A DNA stretch of 64,000 nt from assembly GCF_009914755.1 (NCBI RefSeq), contig NC_060945.1. One strand, written 5' to 3'. Of this stretch, positions 17,775 through 32,939 are shown piece by piece (the stretch's first letter is position 1; every line of letters starts with the position of its first letter). The notes under the pieces are model-generated. The model searched no databases and was not told the origin of the DNA. It saw nothing but the letters and a program-made list of their open reading frames with translations. The translations under genes and the position numbers were made by a program. The stretch comes from the human T2T-CHM13v2.0 reference genome, Homo sapiens.

Positions 17775-17855
17775 AGAAGACAGTACACTTTTTCTGAAAA
17801 GGGCCAGATAATAAATGTTTAAGAACTTGTCCACCATATGATCTCTGTCATAACT
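17775..17855 (+). mobile_element. MER58-like hAT fragment
   Basis: ctttttctgaaaagggccagataataaatgtttaag...gatctctgtcataactgttc. Confidence 0.5.
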
Positions 17856-18347
17856 GTTCCAATAGTTTCTTATATGTGCTGTAACAAAATGACACAAATT
17901 TTGTGGCTCAAAACAACACAAAGTTATTACCTTCCAGTTCTGTAGGTTAGAATTGCAACAGTGTTCTCCCTGAGTTGAAATCAAGATGATAGCAAGACTA
18001 TGTTTCTCCTGGAGGCTTGAGGAGAACGTATGTTTCCTTGAATTCACCAGCTTCACATGTCCTGGTTCATGGTCCTCTACCTCCATCTCCAAAGCCAGCA
18101 ACAGGTCCAGTGCTTCTGAGATGACATCGCTCCAACTTTTTTCTCTGCCTCCCCTTCCACTTTTAAGAACTCTTATGATTACATTGAGCCCACCCAAATA
18201 ATTCAGGATAATCTCCTTTTAAATCAATTGATTGGCAATCTTAATTGATCTGCAATCTTAATTCCCCTTTTTTATATCATATAACATTCACAAGTTCTGG
18301 GAATCAGGATGTAACATCTTTGAGAAACCATTATTCTACCTACCACA
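17856..18347 (-). mobile_element. MLT1 (MaLR) solo LTR
   Basis: gtggctcaaaacaacacaaagttattaccttccagttctgtagg...ttattctacctaccaca. Confidence 0.85.
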
Positions 18348-18480
18348 AGGAACATGCAAAACCTATATTTTACTCCCAACCAGAACTTAGAAGGTGGCAG
18401 AACCTCTGATGAGAGACAAATGTAGAGACCCAAAGAGGCTAAAATGTAAACACCCTGACCTTGAAAGCAGCTACAAATTT

Positions 18481-18561
18481 TTTTTTCTTCAACTTTTTTT
18501 TTAAGTAAATTTCAGGGTACATGTGCAAGATGTTCAGGTTTATTACATAGGTAAACATGTG
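18481..18561 (-). mobile_element. Extremely 5'-truncated L1PA insertion
   Basis: T tract followed by ttcagggtacatgtgcaagatgttcaggtttattacataggtaaacatgtg; caaattt on both flanks. Confidence 0.8.
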
Positions 18562-19381
18562 CAAATTTCTTGTATCAAAGAGGACCATATGACAAGGCAT
18601 CTCTGGAACCCAACCAGAACAGTTTTGCAGTTGTCAACCAAGCCACCCAGAAACAAAAGGAACAAGAAAGCAATGTTGACCATCTTGAACTAAGAACCAG
18701 GGACCTCCCCTGTTCGCACAGAATAATGTGAATTAAACTGACTGATTCACAGTAAGTTAATATGGAATAAAGTTTCACCTACCTTCTTACATGAAGGTAA
18801 GAAATGAGTTCAAGTAATGACTGATATTGGATGTCCTGCCGGTCAGATAATTGGGAACTCAGACACAGAGTACATTTGGTTTAGAAAAATAGAATATGGC
18901 ATTCTTATTATTGCCAGCATAACACAGAACATACTGATATCGACTACATATCTTCAAAATATATAATACGTTTTATTCTTTTCCTTCTCTGACTTCCTAA
19001 TATTGCAACCTTCCTGCTCAAAAGCCTTAAATAGTTCAGCAATTCTGAGCCTGGTATTAAAGATCCCTCCCCCTACTCCTACACTAAGATCTGATTCAAT
19101 TTTACCTTTGGTAGTTTATTATTAAATATTAACTTTTACATATTATGATTTCCAGCTGAATTATATTTTGTGTTCCCTGTTATTAAATATTTTTATAATG
19201 TTTTCCTGCTTTGAAAGTCTTTTTTCACCCCATCTTTATACCTCTAAATTCTACCTATATTCAAGGTCTTTTGCAAATCCTATTTTTTTCATAAATTCTT
19301 CCCTGATCTTTCCAACTGAATTATTGGGGAACCCCCACTCTATTTACATAGATCTTTTATTGCTATAGTCTTCTCACAGTT

Positions 19382-20250
19382 TATCAGTCAGGTGCAGTCA
19401 GAAAAAAACAGAAACCACACTAGGGACTCCAACAAGGAGGATTTAATATAGGGGCTGGTTATACAGATGTTTGAGGGATGAAAGAGCAACAGAAAACACT
19501 AAAGGTTAGCATGAAATAACAAGCAGCTATTTCTCATACAGCTGGAAGAATAAAAAAAGAAGAGGTTAGACTATTAAAGCTTAGGATCTCACAAAAGAGG
19601 ACTTACATAACTGTGACTTGGATTTTTTTTTTTTTCAAAAAACAGGGTCTTGCTCTGTCACCCAGGGTGGGTGGCATTGGCATGAACATAGTTCATTGCA
19701 GCCTTGAAATCCTGGGCTCAAAAGACCCTCCTGTCTCAGCCTCCTGAGTAGCTAGGACTACAGGCAGGCATCAGCACACCTGGCTAATTATTATTATCAT
19801 TATTTTATTTTGTAGACAGTGTCTCACTATATTGTCAGGTTGATCTCCAACTCCCAGCCTCATGCTATCTTCCTGCTTCTGCCTCACTGGGATTTCAGGC
19901 ATAAGCCACCACAACTGGCAGGACTCAAACTTCTAAAGAGTAGGCAATGCTTGACGGTGGTTAGTTCTTATGAAGGAGAGCAACAAACTGGTTTGGGAAT
20001 TTGAAGGCAGTTGGACATTGAAACCAACTGGCACTCTTAAGATAACTGTTTCTGCAGGGATGAAATGTTATTGCTGGAGAAAGCTGTCACCATGCAGGTG
20101 AGAGCAAGAATAACAAACAGGAAACAGGAGGTCCTTCCTCCTTTCTTCCTGTGTTCCAGTCACTCTAGTGTTTCTTGGTAGAACCCAACAGGAGGCCAGC
20201 TGGCAAATAAATCAGGGAAATGTTTGCTGTGTCTTTAGCCACAGAATGGT
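19382..20250 (-). mobile_element. Old solo LTR (LTR78-like) interrupted by an Alu
   Basis: cagaaaccacactagg...ggatttaatataggggctggttatacag, similar to 1676-2405. Confidence 0.45.
19623..19918 (-). mobile_element. AluJ-type SINE
   Basis: Diverged dimer with AluJ-like positions (gcagccttgaaatcctgggctcaa). Confidence 0.92.
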
Positions 20251-20336
20251 AAGGCATTCTGGAAGACAAGTGAGGAAAGTTTTCTGAGGTGGCAATTCCT
20301 TCTGTAGCTTTAAATTTTTATCATATAGAAGTCAAA

Positions 20337-20508
20337 GGCCAGGTGCGGGGGCTCACGCCTGTAATCCCAGCACTTTGGGAGGCCAAGGCGAGCAGATCAC
20401 TTGAGGTCTGGAGTTCAAGACCAGCCTGGCCTATATGGTGAAACCCCTTCTCTACTAAAAATACAAAAATTAGCCAATGTGGTGGTGGGCATCTGTAATC
20501 CCAGCTAC
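20337..20508 (+). mobile_element. AluS, 3'-truncated
   Basis: Left monomer, A-rich linker and start of right monomer; ends at cccagctac. Confidence 0.93.
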
Positions 20509-21621
20509 CACTGAAGGCCACTAGAGTCATCCAAAGCATGTTGGTGCAACAGGATCCATATTTGCCAGAGGGATCTCTCTCAAGACCTTGGCAAGGCCAG
20601 ACTCCACAGTGGGAGATTCCCCTCCACAGACACTGAAATGTCTTTGAAAATTGCAACAGTTCATTTTCTCTCTTGCTCGATGATTTCTTGTGTCATTCCA
20701 ACTTTATAGCTTATGCAATTTACTTTTTTCTCTCTCTCTTTTCAAAGAAGAGAGATCCCTCTAGTGGTTTGAGTGAGTCTCTGTTTTTCAGTAACCAAAG
20801 AGAACATGGAGAGAGAGCTCTTTTAATTTCCAAAGAGCTATGAGAGTTGATGAGCTGGGAGGAGAAAGAGATGAGCTGCAATAATAGGAGACACAAAGAA
20901 GCATGACTTGATGACACTCATACAGTACCTTTCTTTGCTATGCTGGCAGCAATCAAGGAATTTTATGAACCTTTAGAGACTTGTAAGATCCTTGCTACTG
21001 GTTTATCAGGATCTTTCTGATTATCATTTATGATTTATTCCCATTTTCTCATTCCTGTTATTTCAGTTCATTTTTCCGCTATCTGCATTGCTTTTGGAGG
21101 ACGCAAATTCCCCTCACATAATTGCCAAGTCCATGTACAGTTTCCATGCATGATTCTATATGGAAGTAGTTGATGAAAAAGAGTTGGTTAGCATGCTAAT
21201 CAGTGTATTAGAAGGAAAGACTCAAGAAAATCCATTTGCATTTCTGGTTTTGTGAATTTTACTTCATTACAATGAGAGAGGAGGGTGACGGGATGGGCCA
21301 CTTTCTCTCTCTTCAATTCTAATGAAGCAGCTGGAAAGATTTAAAAAATCATTCTGCATAGTCAAAGTCAATTAAAAGAAGAACACTAGCAACCTGCAAT
21401 TATTTATATTTTTTTAAAAAGATGCTTGATATTTAATTGGCTAAATAAAGTCTGCCTATATATCAGTAACATTTTAACTAAGAATCCCACTGCAGACATT
21501 TAGCCAAAGTAGCTAACATGTTTGATATTCCAGCTTTGAAGGGTTGGTTGGTTAAGCCTAAGGATATACTTTCTGTCCCCTCCAACAATGACCAAGTGGA
21601 AGATCTTAAGAATGGGTCTAG

Positions 21622-24359
<2,738 letters not shown>

Positions 24360-24857
24360 AATGGGTCTAGTTTCTTAAGCAACCCTGGAAAATAGAAAAG
24401 AAAAATCTCCCATATTCAGGGTGCTTTTGTATAACAGCTGAGCTGGTTCAAGTGTCCCAGAGAGAATGGGACTGAACACTGTTCATGCTCATTATCGTTT
24501 ATCTAAAAACTAAAGTTATTGGTTACAGAGCGTTGTTTAGATACTATGGCAATAAATCATTTTTGTGAGCTGCTGTGATGAAACATATATTGTCCTTCAA
24601 TATAAGCAATCAACAGCAATGGTGTTTCTTGTTCTACTTCAAACTGTTGGTCCCTGGAAAATCTACAGAACAAAATCTCTTAATGTCACAGTATATTATG
24701 TGTTTCAGAAACTCTACATGAAATCATTCATGTACATTCATTCTACGTGAATTCTACATTCATTCTACATGAATGAATAAAATGGCAATCAGTAAATGGA
24801 AGAGATAAATAGACAATGAAGAAACAAAATTGGCTAATTCACAAGCCAGGTAATCTC

Positions 24858-26027
24858 TGAGGAATACCAGAGTATGCCACCCTAAAATATGCCTCTTTGG
24901 ATTATGGATTATTTTGAGCTAAAAGCCATTAAAAACCAGCAGCAGGAAAAGCTCTAAAAATAAAGCACAGATTTTCCTTTTACTGGGGAAGTCTCCATTT
25001 ATAGAGGTGTCTCCCTCATACCAGGAAGAGGAGGACTCTTAACAACTCTTAACTCTTATCAATGGAGAAAGCACCAATTTAAATCTGCAAACAAATCTTA
25101 ATAAACAACCCTTGTTTGCCATTCTTTTCTCTTGTCACCTTCCCATAACTTGCCTCCTTCCACCCACAACATGAAACCCTTTTTCTTTAGTCTAAGATGG
25201 TATATAATCCTAAATTCTAACCACCCCCGTAGGTCACTCATCTCTGGGTACTCGCGTGTGTAAGCACAACACATGTGTTAATGATATAGGAGTTAAAAAG
25301 AAATTATTTAGGCAGATAGTGAGGCTAAGGAAGGTTTTCCTTTTAATAAAAAGCAGCCCCCAAATCATTTTCTTTTCTAACAAAGAGCAGCCTGTAAAAT
25401 CAAGCTGCAGACATACATATGCAAGCTGGAAGCTTGCATGGGTGAATGTTAGCAGTTGTGTCAGTAGGAAAAGGCTACCTATGACTAGGCATAATCAAAA
25501 TGGCGGCTCCATCTTCCCTTCACTTTGCCAGCCACATGTACAGTAAGAAGCAGACAAGATGACGCTGGCCAAGTGGAAAGTCCATTTGCATAATAAGATT
25601 AGGGTGGTGCAACCAGCCTTCCCTGGCCCCACCCCTCGCTATGTAAACGTCACACCTGGTAGAACCAATCTGTGGCCCTATGTAAATCAGACACTGCCTC
25701 CTCATGCCTGCCTATAAAATCTGCTGTGATCTGCTGCAGGCTGGCTTTTCCCTTTCAGACACCTCACTTCAGATAGCTGCTGTCCTCTCTTCTTTCTTCT
25801 GCCTATTAAACTTTTTGCTCCTTAACCCACCCACATGTGTCCATGTTCTTAATCTTCTTAGTGCAAAATGATGAACCCCGGGTATTTACCCCAGACAAGG
25901 ATGCCACTTCACTAATAAACTATTGTTTGTTTTTCTCTTGTTAATCTGTTTTTGGACAGTCTAATTTATAGAGCCCCAGCTGAAGAATCTAAGATGGATA
26001 GAGAAAACGATTTTTTCCTCACCTACA
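24858..26027 (+). mobile_element. MER34-like ERV1 solo LTR (split by a nested LTR)
   Basis: Starts tgaggaataccagagtatgccaccctaaaatatgcc, ends tttttcctcacctaca; flanks tctc/tctg. Confidence 0.75.
25282..25911 (+). mobile_element. ERV1-class solo LTR nested in the MER34-like LTR
   Basis: TG...CA ends, CCAAT (gaaccaatc), TATA (cctataaaa), ATTAAA; TSD ttaa/ctaa. Confidence 0.85.
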
Positions 26028-26227
26028 TCTGTAATTATATTAGTTTGAGGGTAAATATGAAGCAATAATGATCACTACTTGGTAATCTCCTTTACCAATC
26101 CTCTGTAATTTGGTAAATTATAAAGCAAAGTTATAGCCAATTCTCATGATTCAGGCTTCTTTTTATAGCATTATGTCTAATATATCTGATTCATGTCTAT
26201 TGTTTTAGTAATAACATGCCAACCTCA

Positions 26228-26858
26228 TGGAAACCAAAAAGTATCTCAGACAGCTCTCAATCAATTTAGAAAGCTTATTTTGCCAAGGTTAAGGATGCAC
26301 GCCTGAAAGGCAGGTCTGTGCCTTTCTCCAAAGATGGTTTTGAGGGCTTCAATGTTTAAAGGTGAAAGAGTGGGTATTTGGGAAAGAGAAAGAAATTTTC
26401 AAAAGGTGTGGGTAGACAAATGGTTGCATTCTTTTGAATCTTTGATCAGCCTTTCACTGAATACACAATTTACATGTCGGTGGTGTGGAGGAATAGACAC
26501 TTATGCTGTCATCTGGCTCACTGAATCAGCATTTTTACATCAGAGGAAACAATCAGATATGTGTTTGTCTCAAGTGATCAGAGGGATGACTTAGAGTTCT
26601 GTCCTTTGTCCTGCACCTGTAAAGATAAGCTGTCTATTTCACTGTCAGAGTAAAATTCAACAGAACTGTCATAGGGTGAAGATCTTGAAGTCCACAAGGA
26701 ATTTCCTAGTGGGCAAATTGTGAGGGAGGTATATACTTTGTATTTTTGTAGCTATCTTATTTAGGAATAAAATGGGAGGTAGGTTTGCCTGATGTGATTC
26801 CCAGCTTGACTTTTCTGTTTGGCTTAGTGATTTGGGGGTCCCGTATTTTCCTTTCACA
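26228..26858 (-). mobile_element. MER4A-type solo LTR
   Basis: Reverse complement starts tgtgaaaggaaaatacgggacccccaaatcactaagcc; perfect 4-bp TSD ctca. Confidence 0.88.
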
Positions 26859-27281
26859 CTCACAGTAAAATTTTAATACCCTCAAAATCTGCAGGACAAA
26901 ACTCACACATAAAGCTCCTTGAGAAGTTACTAGAGGTTAAATGGGTCCGAAGGGCTCTTTCCATTCTAGGAGAAGGATCATGATACTATGATAAGGTCAC
27001 TAATATCAGCATCATTTATTTATTTAACAAATAATATTGAGTACCTGTGGTGGATTTATATCATGTCAACTTAGCTAAGGTGTAACCACAGTTTTCAGAC
27101 TTCCCTTCACTGCATAATTCCAAGTTAGTATGGGCCACAAATGACATTTGCAAAAACTGAGAAGTAGAAGTGAAACAGCAGCCTTAAAAAATAAAACTAA
27201 TAGTTGGAAGATTTGCTCAGGTCCACTAGGCACCACTGCAACTCATGTACGTTGCGCCCATCTGCTGGCTTGCCTTGAAGA

Positions 27282-27891
27282 TGTAGGAGCCAAAGGGAAA
27301 TGACCTATTTGCACTTTGAAGTTTCACTGAAAATCAACTGACAAAGGCAAAACAATAGCAGAGAAGGCTTGCACAATTTTATTTTAACATGCATAGCACA
27401 GGTGATTCTCAGGAGAATGATTACCCAATAACCCAATGAGGTACAGAAGCTTATATCCTTTTTCACAGGGGAGAGGGGAGAATGGGGAATGTGGACAATG
27501 CTTCTCAGAGACAGCAAATGATTCTTAAGGAGAAGAAATGGACAGAAATTAACTTGTAAATGATTGTCTTTGGAATTCGAATGAGCCAGAAAAGCAGGCA
27601 TTCTCTTGTGAAAAATCCATTCTAGTTGCATTCCTCAGTCTTCTTTTCTGAAAGAGACAGGGGGACTTCAGGGAGAGGAAGAAGGCAATCTTGTTCATTT
27701 TGGAAATAAGATTTCATGGTGAAATAAGAAAATCCCAGAAAATCCCAGAGAATCCCTTCTTGTGCTTGGGCACGAAGCGGGGTTGGGGGAAGAAGACAAT
27801 ATTAGAGGGACCTGGATTCTGAGGCAGCTTCTAAGGCCTCTCAGCATGTCAAAGTGCCAATCTTTGCAGTTTTATTTTCCAAGCCCCAATA
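27282..27891 (-). mobile_element. MER4-group ERV1 solo LTR
   Basis: Reverse complement starts tattggggcttggaaaa...ggcactttgacatgctgagaggccttagaagc. Confidence 0.7.
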
Positions 27892-28273
27892 ATAGCATAG
27901 GGCAGATCCCACTCCTAGTTTTTCTGCTCCTATCGGACACCCCGTCAACTCTCTGACAAGCTTCTTCAACTCCCTGTTCAGGTGAATATTTAGTTCCATG
28001 ACAAAGGGCTCAAACTTTGATTGAAGGTCACCCCTTCAGCATTGAAACTGGAGGTTTGGAAAGACTGACAGAGTTCTAACTCATCCATTGGAGTTCCAGC
28101 TCATTCTCGTGGGTTCCAATTTCTCCTTGCTCTTCACCACTTTGCCTTTGTCTTTTCTTCACAGGTGGCTGCCTTCCTGATTCAGACTTCAGAATCAGGC
28201 ACAAAGACAATAGACTCTGTTAGACCATTTAAGCAACTTCCAAAATTACATAAGGCCAGTTGGAATTTTTTCT

Positions 28274-29110
28274 TATAAAAGGCAAACCAAAACCAAAACC
28301 ACATTTTTCTCTCTACTCTCACTCTTAACACAGAATGCCTCTGTGACCAAACGCGTGGGTTTTTTTTCCCCTCAACACATCAAGCAATTCTTTAGCAGAC
28401 ACCAGTTGGGTGTCCTATAACTCAAATCAATTCTGACACTGTGTGATCCCACAGGTTAAGAGTCAGATCCCACAGGTTAAGAGCTCAATCCCACAAAACT
28501 GCCGCCCTACCTTAAGATGCCAATTGCAAGGCCCAGGTTGTGACCTGTAATCCTGATCAATGGCTATAGCAACTGGGATTCCCACAGTCTGCCTCCTTGT
28601 GTTCCATAATTTGCTAAGACAGCTCACAGAACTGAGTGAAAGACTTTACTTACATTTACTGGTTTGTTTTAAAGGATATACAGGATATGGATGAACAGCT
28701 AGATTTAAGAGATGGCTACAAGTCTGGGGTAGGGGATGTCACAGTTTTCATCTTTCTCTCGGTTTGCCACCCTCTCAGCACCTCCACATGTTCAATAACC
28801 AGGAAGCTCATTAAATCTCGTCGTTCAAGAGTTTTTATAGGCTATAATCTCCAGCACCTTCCATCAGGTCAATGGGTGGGGTTGAAAGTTCCAACCCTTT
28901 AATTCTTTAATCCCTTGGTCTTTCTGATAACTGGCAGCATCTTGAGGCTATCCAGGGGCTCTATCCTAAATTGAGATATTAGGATAAATACAGGTGTGAT
29001 CAAAGGGGGTCCATGAATAACAAAAGACACTCTAATTACCCAGGAAATTCCAATGGTTTTAGGAACTAGGTGACAGTAACTGGGTACACAGATCAAATGT
29101 ATTTCATTCT
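28274..29110 (-). mobile_element. MER21-type LTR
   Basis: gcagacaccagttgggtgtcctataactcaaatcaattctgacact...gatcccacaggttaag...caggaaattccaatggttttagga. Confidence 0.8.
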
Positions 29111-29255
29111 TAAGGGCTCTGTTTTGTCATACTGAACCTTGACTCATACAATGCCCACCATGTACCTAGCACTGATCGTATGGATATAAAATAAAAATTA
29201 ATTTTATATTCTGATCATACAGATATAAAAATTAAGCCAATCTAGTGAAGAAGTC

Positions 29256-30017
29256 TGTGTTAGTTTGTTAGGGCTGCCATAATAAAATATCACAAACTGG
29301 GTGGCTTAAACAACAGAAATTTATTTTCTCACTGCTCTGGAGGCTGGAAGTCCAAGCTCGCGGTATCAACATGTTTAGCTTCTCCTGAGGCCTCTTTCCT
29401 TGGCTTGCAGATGCTTGTATTCTTTCCGCGCCCTCACACAGCCTTTTCTCTGTGTGCGTTCCTGGTGTCTTTTCCTCTTTTTATAAGGACACTAGTCCTA
29501 TTGCATTAGGGACTCACGTTTTCTACAGCAGATACACGTGTCGGCAATAACTTAAGCATATGCTGAGAATGACCCTGTAGTCTAAGAAGAATGTGTGTTC
29601 AGAGTTCTGAAACCCTGGCCTTTCCCTTAGAACACAGGCTGTCCAGCGGATTGAGGCCCTTTGTTTTGGGTTAAATAGTGATTGCTAGATGGATGGTACT
29701 GTGTGAAAATACTGTATGAACTGCATGCTTTTTACAAATGGTAGCACTTCTCCTGTTCAGCTCGCTGCCACTGGACTGTCCCTGAAAGCAAGTTCCCCCA
29801 AAGAACCCTGTGTCTTATTCCTTGTCTCCAGGTCTCTTCTTCAGCCTCTCAGACACAGTGCCATCCCTATTGGAGTAAATAGGGGTTCAGGATGACACCT
29901 TTATGACCTCGTTTAATCTTTATTACCTCTTTAAGGAACCTATTTCCAATATAGTCACATCTGAGGGTTAGGGCTTCAACATATGAGTTTGAGCCGGACA
30001 CAATTCTTTCCATGACA
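29256..30017 (-). mobile_element. MLT1A-type MaLR solo LTR (split)
   Basis: tgtgttagtttgttagggctgccataataaaatatcacaaactgggtggcttaaacaac...ccatgaca; TSD aagtc/aaggc. Confidence 0.9.
29522..29897 (+). mobile_element. LTR47-like ERVL solo LTR nested in MLT1A
   Basis: gcaataacttaagcatatgctgagaatgaccctgtagtctaagaagaatgtgtg...ggatgaca; TSD cgttt/ccttt. Confidence 0.72.
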
Positions 30018-30635
30018 AAGGCAAGTAAATAGGAAAGTATAATTGCACCTGAAATATGCTAGATGCAATTATAAAATGTCATGGAAATCCATACAAAAGA
30101 AATATAACACAGTTCTGGAAATGTAAATTCAGAGATAGAGTGATTATATAATGTATTATTCAAATAGGGACACTTGTAAGAGTGAAAAGGTGTATTAAAA
30201 AGAATTTAAAGGCACTAATTATTTTTAAGCAGGCATAATCTAGAACTTTCCCAGGAAAAGTAGGAGACATATGCACCCTATTCAAAGAAGACCTAATGGA
30301 AGAAATACCATCTAAACTGAGACCTAAAGGAGGAAGGGAAGTTGAGACAAAGGTGAGAAAGAAGGGAGTGTACTCCAGGTGAGCAGGCAGAAAGAACATA
30401 GTCAGCAGAAAACAATAAGCTGGAGAAACAGTGTGCCATGTTTGGAAAACTGCAAGAGATTTCACATGGCTGAAATTATGGGGGCAGAAGGTGTCAGGCA
30501 AGAAGCAAGGCTAAGCAAGATTTAGAGGATAACAGAATTCCTTAAAGAGTTTGGACTTGGTCTGTAGCAGGTGTGGGCCATTAGAGTTTCAGTCATGGAA
30601 GCAGCATTGTTTAATTCACATTTTTTAAAGATCTC
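30018..30635 (-). mobile_element. L2 fragment
   Basis: ctaaactgagacctaaaggaggaaggga...taaagagtttggacttggtctgtag...ttttaaagatctctc. Confidence 0.6.
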
Positions 30636-31039
30636 TCAGATTCGATCAAGACAGCAGACTCCGTCAATTCCTGACTCTTACCAAATACCTCTTTTCCCCC
30701 AGGGACAAAGAGCATCATCCAAAAGGCCAAATAAATAACAGCCATGGGAAACAATAAGGAATTCAGAAATGGAAGATTTGCATAAAAACAGAAATTAAAC
30801 AGTATCAGATAGACAAAGAAGCCACAGGCCAGTGTATGAACAAGAGAGAAAAAGAGGTAAGAGAGAACCTTTTACCTCTTTTCATAAGGGTGTCCCAACC
30901 TTATGTGGAAGAGATACAGGACAAACATCAGTGCAGAACACTGAGGAACTCTATTTAGAGCAGCTGAGCAGGTCGGCCTCTACTCCTAATCTCCTCACTC
31001 CCAGATCTGAGGGGACTAAAGAGTCAGCTTCCAAGGGCT

Positions 31040-31790
31040 CTCGTTAAAGATGGGCAATTTGAGTGTCAATAATGATAACTACAATAGATTGAAGTGCATC
31101 ACATAAGCTTCCGTCTATAATGATACTTTGATAACACAAATTAGCTGCCACCAAAGGATACCAATAAATTGTTTTAAAACTGTTAAATAAAGGGAAAGAT
31201 TCAAGCATTTATCTTGCTTTTTCTATATGAACTGTACCAAAGGGTAAACAATACTAGATGGGATGTTTCTCTTTATAGAAATACTTCAGCTAATAAATGA
31301 GGAAGGAATAATTTAATTAGTACATAACCATTTTACAACTATAAATGAGGTAACGGAGTAGGTATTGATAAGCAATAGCTGCTAAAACCATGAAAGTAAA
31401 CCCAATGGACATTATGTGCCTCTGAATAGGAGAACATAATATTACCTACGAATTAATTTTGCTAAAAGAAAAAGTTAAACCTGAATCTAATTAAACATCT
31501 AATCAAACCTTCAGACCAATTACTAATGTGCAGGAAATTTAGAATGATAGAGGTTACAGTCAGAAAATCAACAAGACAAATGACCTATTTTTCTTAACAA
31601 ACAAATTACAAAAATAAAAAAGAAATGGAGAAAGACTACAGATTAGAAGAGTAATCAGAGACATGCCTATCAATCACAATGTGTGGACCTTATTTATACC
31701 TTGATTTAAAAAAATCAACTGTACACCAAAATTGCGATATTTATGTCACAGTTGCACACCTAGATACTGACTCAATATATGATGACTGAA
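31040..31790 (+). mobile_element. L1MC-type 3'UTR fragment
   Basis: aaacctgaatctaattaaac...tgtgtggaccttatttataccttgattt. Confidence 0.55.
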
Positions 31791-31951
31791 TAGTTTGAGT
31801 TTGGAATAAATGAGGAGACGAGGCAGTTGCATACATAAATCCAAAGCTCTTGACAGACATCTGAACTGGGGAAACATATGTAGAAGTCGGAATCAACTAT
31901 GAATTCTTGCTGAACACACATGAGCTGATGAGCTACAAAGCTGTGTTTGAA

Positions 31952-32166
31952 GCTGGGGTTATCAACTTCTGCACTACTGAGGTTTGGGGCCAGCCAATTC
32001 TGCGTTGTGTATTATAAAATGTTTAGGTATATCCATAGCCTCCACCCAACTAGATGCCAGTAGCATTCCCACACGCAGTAGTCACAACCAAAAATGTCTA
32101 CAGATATTACCCAATGTCCCCTGGGGGATAGTGGGGGCAAAAGTGACCCCAGTTAAGAACCAGTGG
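31952..32166 (+). mobile_element. MER20 hAT-Charlie element
   Basis: cacccaactagatgccagtagcattccc...caaccaaaaatgtctacagatattacccaatgtcccctggggg...ttaagaaccagtg. Confidence 0.85.
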
Positions 32167-32939
32167 TATGGAGTAAAAAGAGAAGAGGGCAGAGAATGAA
32201 GCCTCAAGGAGTCATACAACTCCATCATTCACTTACAATTCCATGACTAACTGTGACCATCTTTCCAGACCCCAGTATTCTTATCTACAAAATGGACATG
32301 ATATAATCTAATTCACGAAATAGGTGTGGCAATTATTTAATATTGAAAACACTTCTTAAAGTGAGAGCATATTCAAAGTGCCTGCCTTTGTAAGTGTCCA
32401 TTACTGTGGGCCTCTTATCTCTTCCCTTCTCCCTTAAAGCTGTTAGTCCAGTTTAGCTCCACGAAACTCCAGAACAACATTTATCCTCTTATCAGTCTCT
32501 TAGGAAACCTGGATCTTTGACTTTGTAGCTACAATGCGGAAGCAATCCTGATTCTGTGAAGCTGCTTAAGGATTGCCAAGTTTCACCCACTTCCTAACCC
32601 TCCACAGGAAGGTACTTTGCATAAGTAAACTAGCAAGCAATCTCAAAAGTAAAGACAAGATGTTGTTCTTCCTGGAATTCAGTATCAGAGCCCACTCTTA
32701 CACCTTCCCGAGAGCTTTCTCAATATGATTAAGAAACACGTCCTCACTGGAACTCCTTGGATGAAAAAGTAGACAAAAATGTATATTCTCAGTGAATTGA
32801 AAAGATTTTGCCAGGAGAAAGTTACCCTGCTGTAAAAGAGGTTCCCTTTCTTACTTAGGTTTTGAGAAAGGGGCCTGAAGTTTGTGCTTTACCTCTGTTT
32901 ACCCAACATGATTTCCTTTCAGCAGTTATAACTCCCTTA

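Larger units (their letters stand above)
27046..29150 (+). mobile_element. Old ERVL-type solo LTR carrying two nested LTRs
   Basis: Starts tgtggtggatttatatcatgtcaacttagctaag, ends ctgaaccttgactcataca; the flanks rejoin into an L2 end (tattgagtacc|...caccatgtacctagcactg). Confidence 0.6.

Noticed and set aside
18770-18810. Consensus + strand donor (aag|gtaaga)
   Set aside because: No convincing paired acceptor or open exon upstream; isolated donors are common.
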